From IMG/VR virus record IMGVR_UViG_3300045988_009338, positions 1 to 6,285 of that record: a stretch of DNA of 6,285 nucleotides. One strand, 5' to 3'. Under the pieces are notes generated by a model, which ran no database searches, had not been told where the DNA came from, and worked only from the letters and a program-made list of their open reading frames with translations. The DNA comes from a virus. Positions 1 through 4,548 of this stretch are shown here, piece after piece. The stretch's first letter is position 1; every line of letters starts with the position of its first letter. Made by a program: the position numbers and the translations under genes.

Positions 1-421
1 TTTTATTTGCTTCGGCTTCGTTTTTACTGGCTTGGCTTTCGTTAAGTTTGATTTGACTTAGTGCATTTGCCATTTCTATTCCGATTTCCTGTGCTCTTAG
101 ACCCATTCCTACGGATTGGTCTTGAGGTAGCCCTACTCCGTTTGCTACTCCTGCTCCTTGTGTCGAGCCTCCTTGTCCTCCCATTCCATAAATTAGCCCC
201 GGACTTAGTCCTGCTTCTTTTATGTGTTTCATTTGGTTTTCAAAGTTGGTGTAATTCCACATTTCTTTCGCTTGTGCTGTATTGAACTTGGCGTTTTTTT
301 GATTCAGTTCAGCTTGTATTTCCATTAGCTGGTGTTGTCTTTGCCAGCTTTGGTTACTTGCACTGTTTGCATTGAGTGCTCCCATTAGAGCTCCTCCTAT
401 TCCCATTATTGCTCCTATCAT
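1..421 (-). CDS. VP2 minor capsid / DNA pilot protein, N-terminal 140 codons. The CDS continues across the circular junction into 6208..5592, giving 345 aa in total.
   Basis: Hand translation of the - strand from the ATG at 421-419 is open all the way to base 1. It reads MIGAIMGIGGALMGALNANSASNQSWQRQHQLMEIQAELNQKNAKFNTAQAKEMWNYTNFENQMKHIKEAGLSPGLIYGMGGQGGSTQGAGVANGVGLPQDQSVGMGLRAQEIGIE and then MANALSQ..., which is the start of track ORF 5592..6281. An in-frame TAA at 430-428 lies just upstream, so 421 is the first available ATG. The combined length is 421+617 = 1038 nt = 345 codons plus stop. A Gly-rich N-terminus, a ...GL(S/N)P.L.YG... motif and a long coiled-coil C-terminal half are typical of Microviridae VP2/H-like pilot proteins. 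The ORF track missed this part because it runs off the window edge. Confidence 0.85.
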   Translation of the reverse strand, partial: MIGAIMGIGGALMGALNANSASNQSWQRQHQLMEIQAELNQKNAKFNTAQAKEMWNYTNFENQMKHIKEAGLSPGLIYGMGGQGGSTQGAGVANGVGLPQDQSVGMGLRAQEIGIEMANALSQIKLNESQASKNEAEANK

Positions 422-438
422 AATTGTTTACATTTTCG

Positions 439-458
439 CGCTTTGATGTTTCAAAGCG
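439..458. repeat. Perfect 8-bp stem / 4-nt loop hairpin (cgctttga tgtt tcaaagcg) in the VP3-VP2 intergenic region
   Basis: Positions 439-446 pair perfectly with 451-458, leaving loop 447-450. It lies 18 nt upstream (gene sense) of the VP2 ATG at 421. Function is unknown. Confidence 0.8.
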
Positions 459-469
459 ATATTCATATT

Positions 470-481
470 ACTTGATATTAA
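470..481 (+). other. 12-nt identity (ACTTGATATTAA) to the phiX174 gene-A-protein origin core, located on the strand antisense to the genes
   Basis: The window has acttgatattaa at 470-481. From memory, the phiX174 30-nt origin is CAACTTG/ATATTAATAACACTATAGACCAC with the nick between G and A. The match sits in an intergenic region immediately beside the large hairpin at 483-555. The strand is opposite to what is expected for a Microviridae viral-strand origin, so this may be chance in AT-rich DNA. Confidence 0.2.
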
Positions 482-482
482 A

Positions 483-555
483 TTGTAGGTGCGTACTTTC
501 GTGTATTGTCCGGTAATTAAACCGGACAATACTCCGAAGTGCTTGTTACCTACAA
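483..555. repeat. Extended imperfect stem-loop (~73 nt) with a perfect 12-bp apical inverted repeat. It is a candidate terminator or ssDNA replication/priming signal.
   Basis: The apical stem 503-514 (gtattgtccggt) pairs perfectly with 521-532 (accggacaatac), leaving loop aattaa. The basal stem 483-490 (ttgtaggt) pairs perfectly with 548-555 (acctacaa). The middle section pairs 491-492/541-542, 495-498/537-540 and 500-501/535-536, with small bulges. In gene sense the stem is followed by UUUAAUAU. Confidence 0.85.
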
Positions 556-582
556 GGCTTTGAAAATACCTTTTCAAACAGT

Positions 583-900
583 TTAGTTTTCACTTGGTGA
601 CCCTCCGTCTGTTTTATTAGGTACATTCCCGAAATCTTCCGGTTTTGGTGCCATTTCTTTTTTTGCTGCATTTCTTGTGATTTTGTCATAGGCATCCATT
701 GCAATATCGAATCTGTCTGTACGGATATTGTATGCCGGTAGTACTCCGTCTTCTTTTGCCGTATAGATTATTGGTGCGGTGTCTGTGATTGGTTCACCGC
801 TTTCTAGTACTCTTGCGCATTTTGTTTCAATGCTTTCTCCTTCATATATTTCTACGGATTCTAGTCTTCCGTTGTTTTTTGTTGGTTTTGAATATTTCAT
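583..900 (-). CDS. Small conserved virion-assembly protein, VP3-like (putative internal scaffolding protein), 105 aa from the ATG at 900
   Basis: This is track ORF 583..939. I prefer the second Met (MKYSKPTKNN..., ATG 900-898) because the first 13 codons overlap the VP1 stop (914-916). The product is acidic. The motif ...PIIYTAKEDGVLPAYNIRTDRFDIA... resembles, from memory only, a block conserved in small proteins next to VP1 in gut Microviridae. The product name is an inference from size and position. Confidence 0.65.
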   Translation of the reverse strand: MKYSKPTKNNGRLESVEIYEGESIETKCARVLESGEPITDTAPIIYTAKEDGVLPAYNIRTDRFDIAMDAYDKITRNAAKKEMAPKPEDFGNVPNKTDGGSPSEN

Positions 901-913
901 AATGTTATAATTT

Positions 914-2845
914 TTATAGATTAGGAATTTGTTTTGCACTGATTAGACGTCTTACTTTGATGTCAAACTTTGTTTGTACCCAAAAGTTCATGGCATCTAG
1001 ATTTGTGTCAGCAAATATATAATTGAATTTTACCGGGTCGATATAGGTTGTCAGGTCCTCTATCTGTCCGTTTGTTGCCATTGAATAATTGCGGTTGAGT
1101 ACCATAAAACTTTCCGGCATTTCTGGTGCGAAGTTTCCAAACGTTCTGTTTACGTTTGTCATGTAGTTTATCCAGGCCACCGTCTTTCCGGCTGCTGTTT
1201 TTTGTAATGAGCCACTTTCACTTATATAATCTGTCCACCATGCTCTTTCCCCGTTTAATGAATCTTGATATCCGATTCCGTCGAGTGCCGGTTTATGCCA
1301 ATCGTTCATGGTTTTTAGGTAGGTATCCCATGTGTTGCCTTGTCCGTAGTCGATGCGTGGTGTGATTGAGCATATACACATTATATAACATGGTTCTGTC
1401 ACCTTTATTCGGATGTGTCCGCCTTTTTGACGTCCCGTTGTTACGCCTCTTCCTGCCAGTGTTCCTAATGGCTCGTTTTCGCTTGCACTGTTGCTTATTA
1501 CTTCCTGGAATACGATTTCCTGGCTTACACCTCCTTCAAACATCGGTGTTTCGCATCTCTCCATGTAATTGCCTCCTGTATATACTGTTTCCAGCCAGTC
1601 TCTGTAAGTACCTCCGCTTACTGCAATTCTGTTTAGGAAATTGTATACTTTTTGTGACAGGTTCAAAGCGTCCATTGATAGTTTGCCGTCTGATACATCT
1701 ACCGCGCTTGCTTCATTGATTCCGTTCGTACCTTCTATCCATTCGGTGTTTATCCAGTTTTGATACAAGTCACTGTTATATGTTTTTAGACATAGTCCGA
1801 ATTGTGGATTAGTTGTGTTTAGGTCCTTTTGAGGCGTTCTTTTTGCGAAGTCTGTGAATGGTGGTATACTCATTGATTCGTTTGATATATCGAATTCTAC
1901 GTCTCCCGGAGTTAGTAATATTTTATCTCTGATTATATCCAGATTTTCTAGCAGATACGATTTTAGAGATGTTCTTTTTGTCGAGTATACTGCCGTTATA
2001 TACCATGTTTGCCCGGATGGTATTTTGCTTACTGCTATTTCTGCTTCGTCTATTTGGATACTGAAACTTCCTATTTGTGATGGAATCATTGTTTGTTCCC
2101 TCGCGTTTGCGGATGTTTTGACCCTTAGTAGTATTTCGTTTTCTTTAACTGTTTCCGGTGTTATCGTTATTGTTTTTCCGTTTGTTACCTCTCCTATGTT
2201 TAATGGTATATTGTCGGGATCTGGTATTGGCTTGCTGTTTATTACTACCGATAATTTTGGAGAATCTCCAATCATGTAGAAATTTTCTTCCTGTGTGTTT
2301 GCGTAGTAGTTTTTGAATATATCAAAATATGTTAGTATAGGTAGTGCGTTTTTGCCTATTCCTTTGTCTCCTGATGCCTTTGGATTCGCGTATCCTCTTA
2401 TCCCCAGATATGCTAGCAGGCAACTTGGATTTACTTGTTTCCATTGTTCTTCATCGTTTGACGGAAAGTCCCATAGTTGGTTTAGTTTTACTCTTATTTG
2501 AGGTAGTCTTACTTGTTCCATATTCAGCCCGATTTTTGTCCGGTTGTTGTGCAGCCAGCTGTTGTACAGTCTTACCGGCCCTGTATATACGTGATGCTCT
2601 AGTTTGAATGAGCCGAACAATGGTCCTGTTGTTGGATGTGTAAGTACGTTTGAATCAATGTCAATGTCGAACGTATCTCCTTTTTGCGCTACTAGGCATA
2701 GGTTCGGAACTAGTGTTCCCGGACTTTGTGTATTTCTTACGATTGTTGATAAATCGTGTGTCGACATGTTGTAATCATGTAGACTTACGGACATTTTATT
2801 ATTATCTCCTATGGTGTTTTTACCGATATTTTTTCTTATTCCCAT
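914..2845 (-). CDS. VP1 major capsid protein (Microviridae F-like jelly-roll capsid), 643 aa
   Basis: This is the longest ORF. The N-terminal pattern HDLS..(10)..G.L.P......GD.F.I....(T.P..GP..G.F)...H.Y..PVRL...W matches the conserved Microviridae VP1 N-terminal signature (FDLS...G.L.P...GD.F...P.R..W). The C-terminus ends ...QIPNL. A GGAGG lies 8 nt upstream of the ATG at 2845. The size (643 aa) is larger than phiX F and typical gokushovirus VP1, and closer to alpavirus-type capsids; that last point is an inference. Confidence 0.93.
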   Translation of the reverse strand: MGIRKNIGKNTIGDNNKMSVSLHDYNMSTHDLSTIVRNTQSPGTLVPNLCLVAQKGDTFDIDIDSNVLTHPTTGPLFGSFKLEHHVYTGPVRLYNSWLHNNRTKIGLNMEQVRLPQIRVKLNQLWDFPSNDEEQWKQVNPSCLLAYLGIRGYANPKASGDKGIGKNALPILTYFDIFKNYYANTQEENFYMIGDSPKLSVVINSKPIPDPDNIPLNIGEVTNGKTITITPETVKENEILLRVKTSANAREQTMIPSQIGSFSIQIDEAEIAVSKIPSGQTWYITAVYSTKRTSLKSYLLENLDIIRDKILLTPGDVEFDISNESMSIPPFTDFAKRTPQKDLNTTNPQFGLCLKTYNSDLYQNWINTEWIEGTNGINEASAVDVSDGKLSMDALNLSQKVYNFLNRIAVSGGTYRDWLETVYTGGNYMERCETPMFEGGVSQEIVFQEVISNSASENEPLGTLAGRGVTTGRQKGGHIRIKVTEPCYIMCICSITPRIDYGQGNTWDTYLKTMNDWHKPALDGIGYQDSLNGERAWWTDYISESGSLQKTAAGKTVAWINYMTNVNRTFGNFAPEMPESFMVLNRNYSMATNGQIEDLTTYIDPVKFNYIFADTNLDAMNFWVQTKFDIKVRRLISAKQIPNL

Positions 2846-2848
2846 GGC

Positions 2849-3115
2849 TTATTCCTCCTTTTTAGAATTGTTAGTATATTTTTTTGCAGAGCGTTTGAGT
2901 TTTTTCTCGTATTCGTCTGCTTCTTTGCATGCATATATCATCGATGCAACTAGATTCCAATCTGTGGAGTTGATTCTTTCTTCTGCTGCTTCACGCGTTG
3001 GAAACTTTTCTGTTGTTGCTAAATGTTTTCCAATTACAATCATGTATTCCTTTTCCTCTTGTGTTGTTGGTAACACTTTGAATACATCTTTCATGTCATT
3101 AAATTCTATTTCCAT
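2849..3115 (-). CDS. Hypothetical protein, 88 aa, acidic core with a Lys-rich tail
   Basis: This is a track ORF. It is co-oriented and tightly packed: its stop is 3 nt before the VP1 ATG and its start is 2 nt after the stop of the upstream ORF. I recognise no family. Confidence 0.6.
   Translation of the reverse strand: MEIEFNDMKDVFKVLPTTQEEKEYMIVIGKHLATTEKFPTREAAEERINSTDWNLVASMIYACKEADEYEKKLKRSAKKYTNNSKKEE
2852..2860 (-). promoter_or_regulatory. Shine-Dalgarno-like ribosome-binding site for VP1
   Basis: The gene-sense sequence is AAGGAGGAATAAGCC-ATG, with the GGAGG at 2858-2854 and an 8-nt spacer to the ATG at 2845. It overlaps the last codons (KKEE*) of the upstream ORF. Confidence 0.6.
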
Positions 3116-3117
3116 TT

Positions 3118-3324
3118 TTAATAGTTTTTAGGATTAATATTGGTTTTTACACTATCAACGTTTGCCGTTGCTTTCTGTTCCGTCTGTTGCGTTGCATTGT
3201 TGTTGTTTTTCGCTATGCTCATACTCATTGTACACGACTGTACACATAAGGTCGTAATTATAGCAATGATTGCCGTAGATATAGCCCGAATAATTTCTAC
3301 CCATTGGTTCCCGGTTATTTTCAT
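3118..3324 (-). CDS. Small membrane-anchored or secreted protein, 68 aa. It is a candidate lysis or exclusion factor.
   Basis: This is a track ORF. It has one N-terminal hydrophobic segment (AISTAIIAIITTLCV) after a short charged N-region. That is followed by Cys residues (TTLC, VQSC) that loosely resemble a lipobox, then a polar N/Q/T-rich tail. It is tightly packed between neighbouring ORFs. Confidence 0.6.
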   Translation of the reverse strand: MKITGNQWVEIIRAISTAIIAIITTLCVQSCTMSMSIAKNNNNATQQTEQKATANVDSVKTNINPKNY

Positions 3325-3326
3325 GT

Positions 3327-3581
3327 TTAAAATAATTTAAGTTGTTTATGATTCCATTTTTTTAAATCTTCTAAATCTTTGTCATAAGTTTTTGTACATA
3401 TTAACCTCCTTTCTTTTTTTGTGAAGACATATCTTTTTGTAATAACATCTTCTTCTAGTTCATAACAAACTTTTTTCATTCTTGTTGGTCCGTTGAAGTA
3501 CACGTAATCTTTTAACTCCTTAAATGTATTGAAAATACGTCCGTCTGCTTCGTATTTTTTAATCTTTTTTGGTTTTTTCAT
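3327..3581 (-). CDS. Hypothetical basic protein, 84 aa
   Basis: This is a track ORF. It has a very basic N-terminus (MKKPKKIKK) and is Lys/Arg-rich throughout. Its start overlaps the 3' end of ORF 3559..3759 by 23 nt in the +1 frame. It shares the short string E-x-RLIC with that ORF. Confidence 0.55.
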   Translation of the reverse strand: MKKPKKIKKYEADGRIFNTFKELKDYVYFNGPTRMKKVCYELEEDVITKRYVFTKKERRLICTKTYDKDLEDLKKWNHKQLKLF

Positions 3582-3759
3582 CTTTTTTAGGATATAATTT
3601 CCATGATTCTACTACACATATTAGCCTGGTTTCTTCCGGGTCGTTTAGCATTTTGGCGAATTTTTCCGCTATTTTATATGTGTTCATACCTGGAATTTCT
3701 CTTTCGATGATTTTACCTTCGTTGTTTGCATAGATTGCTGTAAATTTTGTTGCTGCCAT
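3559..3759 (-). CDS. Hypothetical protein, 66 aa
   Basis: This is a track ORF, co-oriented with the others. I recognise no family. It shows weak local similarity to the 49-aa ORF (TYKIAEKFAKML vs SFNDAIKYAKLL). Confidence 0.55.
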   Translation of the reverse strand: MAATKFTAIYANNEGKIIEREIPGMNTYKIAEKFAKMLNDPEETRLICVVESWKLYPKKDEKTKKD

Positions 3760-3788
3760 AATTTTGTAATTTTTTAAGTTAATATTAT

Positions 3789-3805
3789 GGAGGCTTTAAG
3801 CCTCC
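3789..3805. repeat. GC-rich hairpin (ggaggct tta agcctcc) spanning the stop codon of the 49-aa ORF
   Basis: Positions 3789-3795 pair with 3799-3805, giving 7 bp and a 3-nt loop, or 6 bp and a 5-nt loop. The loop 3796-3798 is the TAA stop of ORF 3796..3945. In gene sense it is followed by AUAAUAUU and lies 30 nt upstream of the ATG at 3759. It is a possible weak intrinsic terminator or attenuator. Confidence 0.75.
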
Positions 3806-3806
3806 G
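3794..3806. repeat. Copy 1 of a 13-nt exact direct repeat, ctttaagcctccg
   Basis: It is identical to 4275-4287. Here it forms the 3' half of the hairpin at 3789-3805. Confidence 0.9.
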
Positions 3807-3945
3807 ATATTGATTTAATGTACTCTCCTTTTTTTAGAAGTAATTTTGCATATTTAATAGCATCATTGAAACTTCCTTCTTTTACAAACGTTGAATTTTC
3901 TTTAGTCTCTTTGTTTCTGATAGTGATAATGTAAATAGTCTTCAT
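3796..3945 (-). CDS. Small hypothetical protein, 49 aa (not in the ORF track)
   Basis: Hand translation gives MKTIYIITIRNKETKENSTFVKEGSFNDAIKYAKLLLKKGEYIKSISEA*. The gene-sense sequence AAGGAGACCAAT-ATG provides a good Shine-Dalgarno with a 6-nt spacer. Its ATG overlaps the TGA of the upstream 50-aa ORF (ATGA). Confidence 0.5.
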   Translation of the reverse strand: MKTIYIITIRNKETKENSTFVKEGSFNDAIKYAKLLLKKGEYIKSISEA

Positions 3946-4094
3946 ATTGGTCTCCTTTTTTTTGTTACAATGATAAATGATTTGTTTTTTCTGTTTTTTT
4001 GAGTTCTGAAGTAATCTTCTAACATTAAATTTGTAGGCATGTTTTTGAATGTTAGGTGTTCACCTCTTCCGATATAGCTTACTAAAATCTTCAT
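3942..4094 (-). CDS. Small hypothetical basic protein, 50 aa (not in the ORF track)
   Basis: Hand translation gives MKILVSYIGRGEHLTFKNMPTNLMLEDYFRTQKNRKNKSFIIVTKKRRPI*. The stop overlaps the next ATG in an ATGA arrangement suggestive of translational coupling. The upstream region is purine-rich (AAAAAAAGAAAAATGAT) with no clear GGAGG. Confidence 0.4.
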   Translation of the reverse strand: MKILVSYIGRGEHLTFKNMPTNLMLEDYFRTQKNRKNKSFIIVTKKRRPI

Positions 4095-4274
4095 ATCATT
4101 TTTCTTTTTTTTATTTCAAAAATCAAGATTTATTTTTTTCTTTTTGTTAAAAGAATTCTAAGTTTTTATATTTACCTCCTTTCTTATTGACACTACAAGT
4201 ATAATTGTTTTTTTTGTTTCTACAAAATTTTCTGATATTTATCTTTTGTTTTTAACTTTAATTAGCAATAGTAT

Positions 4275-4287
4275 CTTTAAGCCTCCG
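4275..4287. repeat. Copy 2 of the 13-nt exact direct repeat, ctttaagcctccg
   Basis: It is identical to 3794-3806. It sits exactly at the boundary between the AT-rich tract and the GC-rich element, and has no local hairpin partner here. Confidence 0.9.
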
Positions 4288-4548
4288 TGGCGTTTGAACG
4301 GTGATAGGGTAATAGGGAGCGCATAGCTCCCCTTAGCGTCTAGCACCTTAGTATCGGCGAAGCCGCACACCACAACCTCCGGTTGGGTGCACGTCACTCC
4401 CTTATCCTGGTCTTAAGGTAGCTGTCTCCCGGATTAAGGCGTATCTCACCCTCCCGTTATACACCCTTGGCCGCCCGGCCTTGAGGTGCTGAATACAAAG
4501 TAGTTTGATTGAAACACAGTTGTGCTGCTGGCTGTGCCGTAGCGCAGC
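4281..4548 (-). ncRNA. Candidate structured non-coding element (unclassified ncRNA, or an ssDNA complementary-strand origin / priming structure)
   Basis: No ORF appears in any frame in the track. By my hand count, GC is about 58% over 4281-4490, against about 22% over 3961-4260. There are multiple local hairpins. These include 4315-4320/4326-4331 (gggagc/gctccc) and 4365-4377/4381-4390 (10 bp with bulges). They also include 4469-4472/4477-4480 nested in 4462-4465/4485-4488, 4515-4519/4532-4536, and 4524-4528/4544-4548. Long-range complementarity is also present. One case is 4342-4348 (agcacct) with 4484-4490 (aggtgct). Another is 4297-4301 plus 4306-4310 with 4454-4458 plus 4448-4452. On the gene-sense strand GGGAG occurs 4 times and GGAGG 3 times. 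The strand is assigned only from co-orientation with all genes and the packaged strand. No family was recognised. Confidence 0.45.

Noticed and set aside
901-939. The N-terminal 13 codons (MQNKFLIYKNYNI) of track ORF 583..939
   Set aside because: This extension overlaps the end of VP1, whose stop is at 914-916. The downstream ATG at 900 gives a compact, non-overlapping arrangement. The true start cannot be decided from sequence alone, so the longer form remains possible.
3559-3600. Possible programmed frameshift at A-runs (AAAAAAG, AAAAAAC) that would fuse the 66-aa and 84-aa ORFs
   Set aside because: The 84-aa ORF is in the +1 frame relative to the 66-aa ORF, whereas A AAA AAG-type heptamers promote -1 slippage. 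The 84-aa ORF also has its own ATG. There is no downstream stimulatory structure.
458-3811. GATATT immediately following two different hairpins (458-463 after hairpin 439-458, and 3806-3811 after hairpin 3789-3805), considered as a repeated nick-site signature
   Set aside because: This hexamer is expected several times per strand in a genome this AT-rich, and further copies occur at 2824-2829 and 4234-4239 without hairpins. It is not significant on its own.
4174-4185. An orphan strong Shine-Dalgarno (gene-sense AAGAAAGGAGGT). It is also a 12-nt repeat of 3404-3415 inside the 84-aa ORF.
   Set aside because: No ATG, GTG or TTG lies within 5-12 nt downstream, and every downstream frame stops within about 7 codons. 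The 12-mer is pyrimidine/purine-biased and plausibly recurs by chance. It may be part of a promoter or leader, but I cannot support a call.
4095-4280. Promoter calls in the AT-rich tract. Candidates were a sigma70-like TTGTAG-16 nt-TATACT, and a Bacteroides-type GAttTTTG about 20 nt upstream of the ATG at 4094 (gene sense).
   Set aside because: Matches to both consensus types are partial, and such strings are frequent in 22% GC DNA. A promoter probably lies here, but I cannot place it with confidence.
4322-4365. Collinear short strings on the gene-sense strand (GCCGAU, AAGGUG, CUAGACG, CUAAGG, GCUAUG) that reminded me of the J8/7-P7-P9 region of small bacterial group I introns such as the Azoarcus tRNA-Ile intron
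   Set aside because: The comparison is from memory only. The spacers between the strings are collapsed relative to a real catalytic core. I could not find P4-P6-like pairings or a host exon context, and the element lies after a stop codon rather than inside a gene. The idea is worth an Rfam scan but is not supportable by eye.
4281-4548. tRNA, tmRNA, hammerhead (CUGAUGA...GAAA) or HDV/twister-like ribozyme identity for the GC-rich element
   Set aside because: There is no cloverleaf with a 7-nt T-loop and no GGTTCGAATCC-like motif. CUGA(U/N)GA is absent on both strands. I could not thread the sequence onto the nested pseudoknots of HDV-like or twister ribozymes, though my recall of those consensus sequences is limited.
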